Positions 1 through 10,139 of a DNA stretch of 64,000 nt are shown one piece after another (position 1 is the stretch's first letter; every line of letters begins with the position of its first letter). A program made the translations under genes and the position numbers. This DNA is from Verrucomicrobiaceae bacterium. Lineage in GTDB: Bacteria > Verrucomicrobiota > Verrucomicrobiia > Verrucomicrobiales > Akkermansiaceae. The stretch lies in assembly GCA_051252135.1 (NCBI GenBank), contig JBPOGH010000014.1:32001-96000 (forward strand), written 5' to 3'. Under the pieces are notes generated by a model, which ran no database searches, was not told the origin of the DNA, and worked only from the letters and a program-made list of their open reading frames with translations.

Positions 1-603
1 CTGCTCCACTTTCGCATCCCTTGACGTATTTCCACCGGCCTGCCGGGGGGATGGCCTGACCGCTGCACGATTCTTTAAATCATCCAATTTTTGCCGCACC
101 TCGCGAACTTGCTTCTCTTGGGCCGGCATCGCCGCCGCCGGGGAATTGAGATTAAAGAGATTCACTCTTGGCTCATCAATCGGTGCCTTCTGTGGCGTCA
201 CTTTCATGTCCGTTTCCTGGTCACCACGCTTCACCCGAACCGTCAATTCCTGCTCCCCCGCCGCTCCAATGATCCCCTTCAACGCCGGAAAACCCGACAG
301 CTTGATCCCGTTGATCGACAAAATTTCATCCCCCTTTTGAATCCCGCCCTTTTCCCCGGCCGACCCATCCATGATCCCCCTGACTATCAATTGGGGACCT
401 TCCTGAATCATCACTCCGATCTGAAATGACGGCTCACTCAATTTCGCTCCCTCATTCCAGACAACTTGCGGCCCCTGCATCATCCCCGCCCTGCTTTGCA
501 TCTGGGGCTGACAGCAAGATGGCAGTGGCTTCGCGGTCTCCGCCGAAAGTTTCGGTAAAACAAGCGGCAGGGCACACAACATGATAAAGGTTTGGGGCTT
601 CAT
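1..603 (-). CDS. Exported PDZ-domain protein (partial; runs off the left edge)
   Basis: Not in the ORF track because there is no stop in the window. Manual translation from the ATG at 603 stays open to base 1: MKPQTFIMLCALPLVLPKLSAE (signal-like) ... FQIGVMIQEGPQLIVRGIMDGSAGKKGGIQKGDEILSING...VKRG, a PDZ signature. Confidence 0.75.
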   Translation of the reverse strand, partial: MKPQTFIMLCALPLVLPKLSAETAKPLPSCCQPQMQSRAGMMQGPQVVWNEGAKLSEPSFQIGVMIQEGPQLIVRGIMDGSAGEKGGIQKGDEILSINGIKLSGFPALKGIIGAAGEQELTVRVKRGDQETDMKVTPQKAPIDEPRVNLFNLNSPAAAMPAQEKQVREVRQKLDDLKNRAAVRPSPRQAGGNTSRDAKVEQ

Positions 604-924
604 ATCAAAATGGATTTGGTTCTCACCTAGGAAACGCCGCGCGGCCAAAAATTTGCCTTTTTACTGAGAAAAGTGGAGGACGTCGGCGACAGCGCGATCG
701 ATCTCGGGGGGGATCGGTGTGGTCTCAGCTTCATGCAGAAAAAACTCACGATCACATTCGCGCTGCCGCCTCGTCACACAGCGGACCCCGTTTGACTTGC
801 GCCGCCAAATCCCAAGGGGGCTCGGGATTCTCCGGCTCAAAACGAGGCCGCTGCCAAGACGTCCACTCAATCAAATTACCCCATTGTCTGGACCCGTCCA
901 CAGGGAATTAAATTTACTTTGTGG

Positions 925-944
925 TTACATGTAATTACATTTAA
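925..944. promoter_or_regulatory. Palindromic candidate operator upstream of the small membrane-protein gene
   Basis: TTACATGTAATTACATTTAA: perfect 12-bp core ATGTAATTACAT (929-940), extending to 20 bp with one mismatch, in an AT-rich patch 6 bp before the ATG at 951. Confidence 0.45.
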
Positions 945-950
945 AGTCAA

Positions 951-1223
951 ATGATGAACCTATCCGATGACCTGCCCCCGCATTGGATCTGGATCAAGGC
1001 CGCCGCTTTCCTCCTCATCCTATCCCTCTCTGCCGCTCTCACCCTCTTTCTCACGACTCCCCTCCAACGACTCTTTCCCCTCTTTTGCGTCATCTGGAGC
1101 TCCGCACGCCTCTACTACTTCGCCTTTTACGTCATCGAGCACTATCTCGACCCAAACTTCCGCTTTTCAGGCCTCTTTTCCTTGGCCCGACTCCTCAAAA
1201 ATAGAAAAGTCCCCCCGAAATGA
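951..1223 (+). CDS. Small membrane protein (conserved hypothetical, RxYYFAFYVIEHYxDP motif)
   Basis: 90 aa with hydrophobic segments. Its stop overlaps the next start (ATGA at 1220-1223). Confidence 0.7.
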   Translation: MMNLSDDLPPHWIWIKAAAFLLILSLSAALTLFLTTPLQRLFPLFCVIWSSARLYYFAFYVIEHYLDPNFRFSGLFSLARLLKNRKVPPK

Positions 1224-1876
1224 GAACCCTCGCCATCGGAGATATTCACGGCTGCCTCGCCCCCCTCAAACACATTTGGAAAGCAATCGACCCTCAACCC
1301 GAGGATCGCATCATCTTCATGGGCGACTACGTCGACCGCGGCCCCGACTGCAAAGGCGTCATCGACTTCCTCATCAGCATCCAGGACCAATTCGACATCA
1401 CCTTCCTCTCCGGGAACCACGAGGAAAAATTCTTCCTCTCCGAAATGGACCTCACCGACCGCGACCACTGGCTCCGCGTCTGGGGCGGCCCCGAAACCCT
1501 CGAGTCCTACGGCCCCGGCGGCTTCGATGACATCCCCGAATCCCACTGGGAATTCCTCCGGAAATGCAAACCCTACCTCGAGACCGACACCCACATCTTC
1601 GTCCACGCCAACCTCGAGCACGACGTCCCCCTCCACGAACAACTCCCCTTCACCATCGTCCATAAAAAATTCGGCACCCCCAAGCCCCACATGTCCGGCA
1701 AAATCATGATCGCCGGCCACACCGCCCAAAAATCCCACCTCCCCCTCAACCTCGGCCACGCCGTCTGCATCGATACCGACCCCGGCCGCGGCGGCTGGCT
1801 CACCTGCCTCCACGTCGAAACCGACGAATACTGGCAAGTCAACTTCGATGGCGACCTGCGCAAAGGGAAAATCTAA
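1220..1876 (+). CDS. Metallophosphoesterase, PPP/ApaH-like Ser/Thr protein phosphatase family
   Basis: Motifs GDIHG, GDYVDRG, GNHE, FVHA, GHT and IDT in the canonical order. Confidence 0.9.
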   Translation: MRTLAIGDIHGCLAPLKHIWKAIDPQPEDRIIFMGDYVDRGPDCKGVIDFLISIQDQFDITFLSGNHEEKFFLSEMDLTDRDHWLRVWGGPETLESYGPGGFDDIPESHWEFLRKCKPYLETDTHIFVHANLEHDVPLHEQLPFTIVHKKFGTPKPHMSGKIMIAGHTAQKSHLPLNLGHAVCIDTDPGRGGWLTCLHVETDEYWQVNFDGDLRKGKI

Positions 1877-2559
1877 CCCCGCTTCCGACGCCCAAGCACC
1901 GAAAGCAGCCCTCCAAGCACAAGTAGAGATACAGAAGGCTCGGGAACCGTAGCGCTCTGATACTGAATCACCGTATTCGAAGGATTCACAAAATTGATTC
2001 CAAGCCCCAACGACGTCAACCGGTTGGTAGTCCCATCCTCGTTGAGATCGGTTCCCGTATACGTGATCGTCCGCGACGTGGTGTGACTGCCGTTGATCGA
2101 ATCCGAAATGATCGAGACCGCTCCGTTTCCACCGTGTGTGATGTTGGTTTGCGGACGAAAAACATTGTCGTAGACCAACTGCCAATCCCCGTCGAGGCCC
2201 GTTGACGGCGGCGCTTCCGCAACCACAGCCGAAGTGATCGTGCTCACCGGGTAATAGGCTCCGCCACTGTAACCAAGCTCATACTGCCCACTCGAGTTCG
2301 ACATGTTCCCGCCATCATAATAAAAATTCGCGTCGGACCAGTCGCTGAAAATATGCGTCAGCGTAATCGTCGCTCCGGGGCCGGGATCCACATCTCCTGA
2401 ATCAAGCGTGTAGGTCGCAATCACGTTGCCTCCATCCGCCCCAAGGCCGGAAAAGTCCGCCGAAGTGAAATGGTATTCCGAAGTGGCCTGTGCCGAAGCT
2501 TCAACGGAAAGAAGGATACACAAACCCAAGGTGAGTGATGCTTGAAACGCTTTGGCCAT
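1873..2559 (-). CDS. PEP-CTERM sorting-domain protein
   Basis: N-terminal signal peptide; Ser/Thr/Gly-rich body; C-terminus VPEPS + hydrophobic helix + RRKRG. Confidence 0.9.
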   Translation of the reverse strand: MAKAFQASLTLGLCILLSVEASAQATSEYHFTSADFSGLGADGGNVIATYTLDSGDVDPGPGATITLTHIFSDWSDANFYYDGGNMSNSSGQYELGYSGGAYYPVSTITSAVVAEAPPSTGLDGDWQLVYDNVFRPQTNITHGGNGAVSIISDSINGSHTTSRTITYTGTDLNEDGTTNRLTSLGLGINFVNPSNTVIQYQSATVPEPSVSLLVLGGLLSVLGRRKRG

Positions 2560-2619
2560 GATTCGCAGAGTCGGGTGAATGACAGTTCAGGGCAAAAATC
2601 CCTGAGCGACAACGGACCA

Positions 2620-2648
2620 TAACTCGAAATTTTAGTTAATTCGAGTTA
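2620..2648. promoter_or_regulatory. Inverted repeat upstream of the PEP-CTERM gene (operator or gatB terminator hairpin)
   Basis: TAACTCGAA-N11-TTCGAGTTA with perfect 9-bp arms, in AT-rich intergenic DNA. Confidence 0.4.
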
Positions 2649-2699
2649 ATTTTTAACGCTTATTAACAATTGAGCCAGACCCTTAAAAACAACCCGATC

Positions 2700-4163
2700 T
2701 CAAAGCAACTTCGCCCTCAACCCTTCCGTGACAATCTTCGGATTCGCCTTCCCCTTGGAAGCCTTCATCACCTGACCCGTCAGGAAATTCAGCAACTTCT
2801 CATTCCCCCCTTGAATCTCCGCCACCTTGTCCGGATTCGCCGCGATCACTTCGTCAATCAATCCGTCGATCGCTCCCGTGTCCGCAGGCTCAAAGCCCAT
2901 CTCCTTCGCCAGCGCCGCCGGCTCCTTCTCCGGAGCATCCCACAGAGCCACAAAAAGCTCCTTCGCCTGGCTGTTCGAGATCGTCCCCGCCTCAATCAGG
3001 TTCAACACCTCCGCCAGCTTCTCGGCCGTCACCGGAGAATCCGTGATCTCAATCGACTTCTCGTTCAGCAGCCCCAAAAGATTATTAATAATCCAGTTCG
3101 CCACCTTCTTCCCCGGTGTCTTGGCCCCGGCCTCCGTCGTTTCAAAATAAGCACATAGGTGAACATCGGAAGTAATCACCGAAGCGTCATACTCCGTCAG
3201 ACCCAACTCACTCTGGAAACGGGCAAACTTCTCATGCGGCAACTCGGGAACCAAAGGCCGCACCTTCTCAATATACGCCGCCGTATCCACCGGCAACAGA
3301 TCGGGATCAGGGAAATAACGATAATCATGCGCATCTTCCTTCCCGCGCATCTCCTGCGTCTCCCCCAAATCATCATCCCAGCGACGGGTCGACTGCACCA
3401 GCGGCTCGCCGTTATCCAGCGCATCAGCCTGACGCTGAATCTCATAATGAATCGCACGCCGCACCGCCGAGGTCGAGTTCATGTTCTTCAACTCAATCTT
3501 CGTCCCCAAGGGCTCGCTCGCATCCTTCCGCAGGGAAATATTCACGTCGCAACGCAACTGCCCCTTCTCCATCCCCGCTTCCGAAATGCCACCCGCGATC
3601 AAAATCTGCTGCAGCGACTTCAGATAAGCAAAAGTCTCCTCCGCCGACTCCAGATCCGGCTCCGAAACAATCTCCATCAACGGCGTCCCCGCCCGGTTAA
3701 AATCAATCAACGACGTCTTCGCCTGGTGCGTCGACTTCGCCACATCCTCCTCCAGGTGGATCCGCGTCAGCTCCACCACCTTCCCCGGATTCTTAATATC
3801 CTTCTGCGCGTCCTTCGGATAGTTGTGCGGATAAAGCGGCACCCCGCCACCCAAACACAAAGGCAGATCCAGCTGCGTGATCTGGTAATCCTTCGGCATA
3901 TCCGGATAAAAATAATTCTTCCGGTCCCACACCACCGTCGGAGGCGTCGAGCATCCCAAAAGCATCCCCGAAAGAATCGTCCGCTCGATCGCAAACTCGT
4001 TCAACACCGGCAACGCCCCGGGCAACCCCAGACAAGTCGGGCACACATTGGAATTCGGCTCATCACCAAAGGACGTGCGGCAACCGCAGAACATTTTGGT
4101 GTTCGTATTGATCTGGCAATGAACTTCCAGACCGATGGTGACGATGTAGTCGGAGAGATGCAC
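2700..4163 (-). CDS. gatB: Asp-tRNA(Asn)/Glu-tRNA(Gln) amidotransferase subunit B
   Basis: IGLEVHCQ, CPTCLGLPGALP, DRKNYFYPDMPKDYQITQ, RIHLEED, DFNRAGTPLMEIVSEP, DYRYFPDPDL, and a C-terminal GQVMKASKGKANP domain. Confidence 0.97.
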   Translation of the reverse strand: MHLSDYIVTIGLEVHCQINTNTKMFCGCRTSFGDEPNSNVCPTCLGLPGALPVLNEFAIERTILSGMLLGCSTPPTVVWDRKNYFYPDMPKDYQITQLDLPLCLGGGVPLYPHNYPKDAQKDIKNPGKVVELTRIHLEEDVAKSTHQAKTSLIDFNRAGTPLMEIVSEPDLESAEETFAYLKSLQQILIAGGISEAGMEKGQLRCDVNISLRKDASEPLGTKIELKNMNSTSAVRRAIHYEIQRQADALDNGEPLVQSTRRWDDDLGETQEMRGKEDAHDYRYFPDPDLLPVDTAAYIEKVRPLVPELPHEKFARFQSELGLTEYDASVITSDVHLCAYFETTEAGAKTPGKKVANWIINNLLGLLNEKSIEITDSPVTAEKLAEVLNLIEAGTISNSQAKELFVALWDAPEKEPAALAKEMGFEPADTGAIDGLIDEVIAANPDKVAEIQGGNEKLLNFLTGQVMKASKGKANPKIVTEGLRAKLL

Positions 4164-4212
4164 GCGCAGGGTTTAACCGCTCGTCATGAAATTTCAACAC
4201 CGGAGCGACCAC

Positions 4213-5001
4213 TTACTGACGAAGACCCAGGGACTTCTCCACATTCAGCTTCATCAGGGCCTCCCGCGCTTTCGCGTCCTTCGTGACATCGCGCAGCCTG
4301 TCATTCTTCAACAACGCTCCAAAATCCCCCTCACGAATCGAACTCTGCAGAGACTCCTCCACCGGCAGCGCATGGGGAATCTCATCAATCGGCATCTGAT
4401 AAAATGCCCCCGGCTTGTCCTGCACAATCGCCAACTTCGCCGCATTGGCCTGCGCGGGATCATTCAGAAAATCAAATTTCTGGTGAAGCTGGCCAATCCG
4501 GCTCGCATCGATCCACGTCTTGATCTTGGCAAAAAACGGCTCCGCCTTGGCCGCATCAAAATTATCCCCCGCATATTCCTTCAGCCGCTCCAGCTCCGCC
4601 ATCGTCCCCGCATAACGCACCCCCGTAAGCGCCCCATAAAGAATCACCCCTCCCACCACCAGACTCAGCACGGAACCCGGAATCCCAAAACCCAATTTGC
4701 TAAAGGCACCCGTCTCCCGACTCCCGCCCTGCAAAAAACCCAGAATCGTCTTGGCAAAGAAAAAGGCCCCAAAAAAAGCAATCGCCCCCACTGCCACACT
4801 CATCCAGGGCTCCGGCTTTTCGACCAGGACTTTGGAGAGCGAAAAGCCGTTGTTGTGCCCCCAGATTCCAGCCACCGCCCCGATCGCCACCGAGATCACA
4901 AAGAAGAAGAAGCCAACCAGCTTCTTGATAAAGCCGAGCACCGCGAAGATCAACAGCGCACCCAATATGAGCCCGTCCGTGCCAATGTTTGAGAAATCCA
5001 T
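4213..5001 (-). CDS. CvpA-like membrane protein with C-terminal soluble extension
   Basis: Four hydrophobic segments starting DGLILGALLIFAVLGFIKKLV, resembling colicin V production proteins. Start placed at the ATG at 5001. Confidence 0.6.
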   Translation of the reverse strand: MDFSNIGTDGLILGALLIFAVLGFIKKLVGFFFFVISVAIGAVAGIWGHNNGFSLSKVLVEKPEPWMSVAVGAIAFFGAFFFAKTILGFLQGGSRETGAFSKLGFGIPGSVLSLVVGGVILYGALTGVRYAGTMAELERLKEYAGDNFDAAKAEPFFAKIKTWIDASRIGQLHQKFDFLNDPAQANAAKLAIVQDKPGAFYQMPIDEIPHALPVEESLQSSIREGDFGALLKNDRLRDVTKDAKAREALMKLNVEKSLGLRQ

Positions 5002-5043
5002 AAGCGGTCCACAAACTGGCACGGACAGGAGGGAATCAAAAGC

Positions 5044-6270
5044 CTACTTTTGTGCGACTTCCTCTCTCGCCACCAACTGATTCACCCGATGCTGAAAGGC
5101 GATCCCGTAGCGATGAAACACGTTCTGGATCCACGCCGCGCCCTCCTTCTTGTCATTGCGCAGCTTGAAATTCTTCACCAACTGCGCTTCGAACCCGGGC
5201 CGGAGCACTTCACTGCGCCCCACCAACACCCGCACCAACTCCTTCGGAGCCGGACTCACTTCCAACGGCAAAATATCCTCCGTCACCCCTTGTGGCACGA
5301 TCCAAAACACTCGCAATCCCGGTTGCTCAAAATAACTATGCCACCACGTTTGAATCATCCCGTGGGATTCCTCGGCCGTCAGCCCGGTGGCCGTCAAACC
5401 CTCATACATTCTTTCATAAACCGGGCGCTTCCAGTCCTTGCCGCCCGTCGTAAATCCCGATTCCGGAACCTCCACCGTGGTCGCAACTCCAAGCCCGCCA
5501 TCGAAGGAATGATACCGGACACTCCGGTCCGGCAACACCTCTTGCACAAACAAGAACGGAATCGCCTCATCCCCGTGATTCTCAATCTGCAGCGTCTCCG
5601 CTCCATCAACCGAAAACGTCACCGGCAATTCAAAATTCCCCACCCCCCGGTAAAACAAATAATCCTCATACTCCTCGCCCACCTTCAACACGTTCGCCTT
5701 CGGATTCCGCGGCCGTAACCAATTCAATGTCTCATCCGCTTTAAAGGTCAGCCCGCGCGACGCGTCCGGCGCCATCACCTCAACATCCCAACGAATCTCA
5801 CCCTGGCGATGCGTGGCGAAATCGATCCCGCCCCCTTCCTCAAACTGCGCATCGGTCAGGGGAGTTTCCAAAAATGGTCCCTCCACCCGAAGCTTCTTGA
5901 TCTTGGGAACACCCTCACCCCCCGATCGCTGGGGAAACCACTGGCTGATCGACCCCCCGTTGAAACCCACCTGCACCGAAGCCTGAAAAGGATGATCGGA
6001 GTAAAAATAGATCACCGGAGTTTCCATCTTGATCTTCACATTGCGGAGCGGCCTGTTGGGAAAGAACCCCTTGCTCATCATCTGGGGTCCCACGTTTCTC
6101 ATCCCTTCAAGCGCATGAACAAATCCCGGGAGCTTTTCCTCCTCCTTCTTAAGTCCGGCAAGAAGCTGACCATCCGATCCGGAGACCGATGTGAATGTGC
6201 CCCACTCATGCAGAGTATAAGCGGAGACCGAGCCCATGAGGGCGGTAGTGATTAAGATTCCTTTTTTCAT
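5044..6270 (-). CDS. Secreted conserved hypothetical protein (HEWGTFT / METPVIYFY motifs)
   Basis: 408 aa with a signal peptide. Motifs LHEWGTFTS, KMETPVIYFY, LFYRGVG and LVRVLVGRSE; function unknown. Confidence 0.75.
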   Translation of the reverse strand: MKKGILITTALMGSVSAYTLHEWGTFTSVSGSDGQLLAGLKKEEEKLPGFVHALEGMRNVGPQMMSKGFFPNRPLRNVKIKMETPVIYFYSDHPFQASVQVGFNGGSISQWFPQRSGGEGVPKIKKLRVEGPFLETPLTDAQFEEGGGIDFATHRQGEIRWDVEVMAPDASRGLTFKADETLNWLRPRNPKANVLKVGEEYEDYLFYRGVGNFELPVTFSVDGAETLQIENHGDEAIPFLFVQEVLPDRSVRYHSFDGGLGVATTVEVPESGFTTGGKDWKRPVYERMYEGLTATGLTAEESHGMIQTWWHSYFEQPGLRVFWIVPQGVTEDILPLEVSPAPKELVRVLVGRSEVLRPGFEAQLVKNFKLRNDKKEGAAWIQNVFHRYGIAFQHRVNQLVAREEVAQK

Positions 6271-6338
6271 AATACGCTGGGCAGCGTATCACGAAAATCC
6301 TCCCTTGTGGGCCGGGGCCGACCTATTTTACCGGCTGT

Positions 6339-7427
6339 TTACAATCCCCCCGTCTGCGCCCGATGGCGCAAAAGGTGATCACACAAGACCAGCGCGGTCA
6401 TCGCCTCCACAATCGGCACCGCCCGCGGCAGCACACACGCATCATGACGCCCACGTCCCTTCAACTCGGTATCCTCTTTCTCTTTCGAGACCGTTGGCTG
6501 CGATGACATGATCGTCGCCGTTGGCTTAAACGCCACCCGGAACAAAATCGGCTCCCCATTGGATATCCCTCCCTGCACCCCGCCGGACCGGTTCGTCTTC
6601 GTCCGCACCGTATCACCCGCCATGTAAAAATGATCATTGTGCTCCGCACCGGTCAACGTCGTCCCCGCAAAACCCGAACCGATCTCAAATCCTTTCGTCG
6701 CCGGAATCGACAACATCCCCTTCGCAAGGTCCGCCTCCAGACGATCAAAAATCGGCTCACCCAACCCCGCCGGGCATCCCCGCACCACCGCCTCAATCGT
6801 TCCCCCCACCGAATTCCCTTCGGATCGAATCTTCTTAATCCGCTCAATCATCGCCTCCGCCGCCTCCGGGTCTCCCGTGCGCACAATGTTGGACTCGATG
6901 ATCGCTGACGTCACCGTAGCAGGATCCACCGAGGCCTCCACATCCTGCACCGTCTTCACCCACGCCAAAATCTCCAGATTCGGGTAAAAGTGCGCCAGCA
7001 CCTTCTTCGCAATCGCCGCCGCCGCCACCCGCCCGATCGTCTCCCGCGCCGAAGAACGTCCGCCCCCCTGCCAGTTCCGTGTCCCATACTTGGCATCATA
7101 CGTGTAATCCGCATGCGACGGACGATACTTCTCCGCCATCTCGGAATACGCCTCCGGCCGGTGATCCTTGTTCCGCACCAATATCGCAATCGGAGACCCC
7201 AGCGTCTTCCCCTCAAACGTCCCCGATAAAATCTCACACTGATCCGCCTCATTCCGCGGCGTCGTCACCTCGGACTGGCCCGGACGCCTCCGGTCCAGAT
7301 CGAATTGAATATCCTCCTCCGTCAATGGAATCAGCGGCGGACAACCGTCAATCACCACCCCAACCCCACCACCGTGGGATTCTCCAAACGTCGAAATACG
7401 AAATAAATGGCCATGCAAACTGGACAT
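6339..7427 (-). CDS. aroC: Chorismate synthase
   Basis: [58 protein letters not shown]. Confidence 0.97.
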   Translation of the reverse strand: MSSLHGHLFRISTFGESHGGGVGVVIDGCPPLIPLTEEDIQFDLDRRRPGQSEVTTPRNEADQCEILSGTFEGKTLGSPIAILVRNKDHRPEAYSEMAEKYRPSHADYTYDAKYGTRNWQGGGRSSARETIGRVAAAAIAKKVLAHFYPNLEILAWVKTVQDVEASVDPATVTSAIIESNIVRTGDPEAAEAMIERIKKIRSEGNSVGGTIEAVVRGCPAGLGEPIFDRLEADLAKGMLSIPATKGFEIGSGFAGTTLTGAEHNDHFYMAGDTVRTKTNRSGGVQGGISNGEPILFRVAFKPTATIMSSQPTVSKEKEDTELKGRGRHDACVLPRAVPIVEAMTALVLCDHLLRHRAQTGGL

Positions 7428-7486
7428 GCGCAGCACCCTAGCAGGGAACCCACCCCGTGCAATGCCCGGTGAGCACGAGATGAAAT

Positions 7487-8872
7487 TTAACCCAGCTTCG
7501 AAACCCGCGCCCCAAACTTCCGCAAACTCGCCATCACCCGCGAGTGCGCCGTTTTTCCCTCCCTCAGCGAGTCATTCTCCACCCCGTAACAAAGCACGAT
7601 CTCAAACATCCCCTTCGCCACTCCCTGATGCAGCAAATCCTCCGCCGACAAACAATGCCGCCCGCTCCGGTGCGATAACTCAAACACAAACGGCCCCACC
7701 CCATGATACGCCCGATAGACCACCTCCGTGCACACCAACCGGTCCGCCTTACTGAAATCGAAAACAAAGTCGTAAAGCTTTCCCTCATGCGTAAACGCCC
7801 GCGCCAACGCCTCCCTTAACACATCCACCCCGGCCAACGGCCTCACCACCACAAACGCATCCACCCCCAAGGTCTCCTCCAACTCCCGGTAAAGAACCCC
7901 GTCCTTCTTCGCCTCCAGCACCCTCACCCCTCCCCCGCTCCGCTCGCAAGCACTCAAGCCCATCGCCTCCCGCTCCTCCGCCTTCCCGATATAAAGTGCC
8001 GCATGCGGCCAATAACCCGGCAAAAACAAATTGCTCAACGCATCATCATGCCGCGTCACAATCACATCACCCGCCTTCAACTTCTCCCCCACCTCCGCCA
8101 ACACCGCCGCACTCACCCGCTTCCCCTGCCCCGGCGCCTTCCTAAAAGGCTGCTTCATCTCCGCCACCACCGATCCCCCCATCCGGAACAAATGAAACAT
8201 CACCTTCGTGTAACCCGAAACATGCCGCCTCACAAAAGAATGAAGCCGGTAGGCAAACCGACGCCTCACAAACGCACTCTTACTCTTCTGAAAAAACGGC
8301 TCCTCCTCGCTCAACCAATTCGCCACCTCATCCATCCCTTCCGCCTCCAACGCCTCCCTGATCCTCACATGGTTCAATTCATAATACCGCCACGACTCAT
8401 GATAGCGCCACATCCACCGCAGCGAACTCAAACTCCGGTAGAGCCGCGTAAACGTCTTCCGCTCCAACCCATACCGCGGCTCCGCCTCATCCAACTTCCG
8501 CCACACCACCGGACGATCCACCGCCAACCCAATCACAAAGTTCGCACTCCGCACCAACATCGCCGCCGCACAAAAACTCACCCCAAAAACACGCATCCGG
8601 TGCTCCTCATCCTCCGCATCCAACTGATCCTTCAATCCCAGCACCATCTCCCACAACGTCCCCCTCACCGCCAGATAACGACAATACACCTCACGAATCC
8701 GCTCATCCTCATCCGGCAAATAATAACCCCGCCCCTGGGCCGCGATCGCATCACTCACCTCCCGCCTCAAATCACACTCGCGCGGCAAAGCCGGATAAAC
8801 CGACTTCAATGTGCGCCACGCATTCTTAATTTCCACCCTCGCATCATCCCTCCGAATCCACCCCACCGTCAA
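7487..8872 (-). CDS. YiiX/YebB-like permuted papain (NlpC/P60) family protein with N-terminal helical extension
   Basis: GDVIVTR...[15 protein letters not shown] (His) followed by [10 protein letters not shown]...LVCTEVV (Cys), the permuted His-before-Cys order. Start codon uncertain. Confidence 0.75.
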   Translation of the reverse strand: MTVGWIRRDDARVEIKNAWRTLKSVYPALPRECDLRREVSDAIAAQGRGYYLPDEDERIREVYCRYLAVRGTLWEMVLGLKDQLDAEDEEHRMRVFGVSFCAAAMLVRSANFVIGLAVDRPVVWRKLDEAEPRYGLERKTFTRLYRSLSSLRWMWRYHESWRYYELNHVRIREALEAEGMDEVANWLSEEEPFFQKSKSAFVRRRFAYRLHSFVRRHVSGYTKVMFHLFRMGGSVVAEMKQPFRKAPGQGKRVSAAVLAEVGEKLKAGDVIVTRHDDALSNLFLPGYWPHAALYIGKAEEREAMGLSACERSGGGVRVLEAKKDGVLYRELEETLGVDAFVVVRPLAGVDVLREALARAFTHEGKLYDFVFDFSKADRLVCTEVVYRAYHGVGPFVFELSHRSGRHCLSAEDLLHQGVAKGMFEIVLCYGVENDSLREGKTAHSRVMASLRKFGARVSKLG

Positions 8873-9037
8873 CCCTCCGCATTTTCTAACAGAATCTAAC
8901 AGCTTTCATGGCCCGTGAAAGTTTGATTCTCGCGTTCAGCATAAAACCCATACCCCCGTCAACCCCCTAAACTACGGGAAATTTCGACGTTATTTTAACT
9001 TTACAAAATAACCGGGGAGGCGAGAATCTCCTCCGCC

Positions 9038-9313
9038 ATGAATAAAGGAGAACTTATTGAAGCAGTACAGAAAGCCCTCGGAAAAGACGCAACCAAGCGT
9101 GCCGCAGAAGACGCCGTCAGCGCCGTCCTTGACTCCATCGCCAAAGGCGTGAAGAAGGACAAAAAAGTGCAGGTCATCGGATTCGGCACCTTCGAAATCA
9201 AGAAGCGCGCAGCTCGCATGGGTCGCAACCCCAAGACCGGCGAAGCAATGAAGATTTCCGCTTCCAAGTCCGTTGGCTTCAAGCCTTCTTCGACCCTCAA
9301 GAAGTCCCTCTAA
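9038..9313 (+). CDS. hup: Histone-like DNA-binding protein HU
   Basis: MNKGELIEAV...VQVIGFGTFEIKKRAARMGRNPKTGEAMKISASKSVGFKPSSTLK. Confidence 0.95.
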   Translation: MNKGELIEAVQKALGKDATKRAAEDAVSAVLDSIAKGVKKDKKVQVIGFGTFEIKKRAARMGRNPKTGEAMKISASKSVGFKPSSTLKKSL

Positions 9314-9353
9314 TCCCCCTCGGGACTTAGATAAAGGATCAACTTCCTTCAAT

Positions 9354-9387
9354 GCCCGGTCACTCTCTGAGTGATCGGGCTTTTTTT
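9354..9387 (+). terminator. Rho-independent terminator after HU
   Basis: GCCCGGTCACTC-TCT-GAGTGATCGGGC: 12-bp stem with one G-U pair, followed by T7. Confidence 0.9.
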
Positions 9388-9472
9388 ATCCCCCCTCCCG
9401 ACGTTCTTCCCTCGATTTCCTCCGCATTGAGGCAATAATACCCCTCAAGGCCAGCATCCTGGCCCCTCTGTC

Positions 9473-10135
9473 ATGCCCTCAAGCACCGTCGAGAACTACC
9501 TCAAGGCCATCTGGAGCCTCCAGCAAAACAACCCCGGAACCCTCGTCCCCATCGGACAAGTTGCTGAGCGCCTGTCGGTTACCCCCGGAACCGCCACCAC
9601 CATGATGAACCACCTCCTCAAACAGGAGCTCGTCGAATACACCCCCCGCAAAGGCGTCAACCTCAACCCCGCCGGACGGGAAGCCGCCCTCCTCGTCCTC
9701 CGCCGCCACCGCCTCGTCGAAAGCTTCCTCGTCGAAATCATGAAACTCGACTGGGCCGAAGTCCATGACGAGGCCGAAGTCCTCGAGCACGTCATCTCCG
9801 ACCGCCTCCTCGCCCGCATGGACGAAATGCTCGGCCACCCCACCCACGACCCCCACGGCGCCCCCATCCCCACCGACGAAGGCACCATCCCCAGCGTCTC
9901 CACCCGCACCCTCGCCGACTGCGACCCCGGCTCCTACACCCTAAAACGCGTCCGCGAAGACCGCCCCGACTTCCTCCAATGGCTCGCAAAATTGGGACTC
10001 AAGCCCGGCGTAGACCTCGAACTCACCGCCCGCGACCCCCACGCCGACACCCTCACCCTCGAACTCTCAAATCACGCCCAACCCGTTCAAATCTCACTTC
10101 CCGCAGCCAAAGCCCTCCTCGTCGCCAGCCTCTGA
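9473..10135 (+). CDS. DtxR/MntR family metal-dependent transcriptional regulator with FeoA-like C-terminal domain
   Basis: STVENYLKAIW, RRHRLVESFL, VHDEAEVLEH, LGHPTHDPHGAPIP, C-terminal LAKLGLKPG. Confidence 0.92.
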   Translation: MPSSTVENYLKAIWSLQQNNPGTLVPIGQVAERLSVTPGTATTMMNHLLKQELVEYTPRKGVNLNPAGREAALLVLRRHRLVESFLVEIMKLDWAEVHDEAEVLEHVISDRLLARMDEMLGHPTHDPHGAPIPTDEGTIPSVSTRTLADCDPGSYTLKRVREDRPDFLQWLAKLGLKPGVDLELTARDPHADTLTLELSNHAQPVQISLPAAKALLVASL

Positions 10136-10139
10136 ACCC

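Noticed and set aside
604..934. Short ORFs on both strands (661-870, 717-911, 719-934)
   Set aside because: No recognisable motifs and atypical composition. A small gene or remnant cannot be excluded, but none is supportable.
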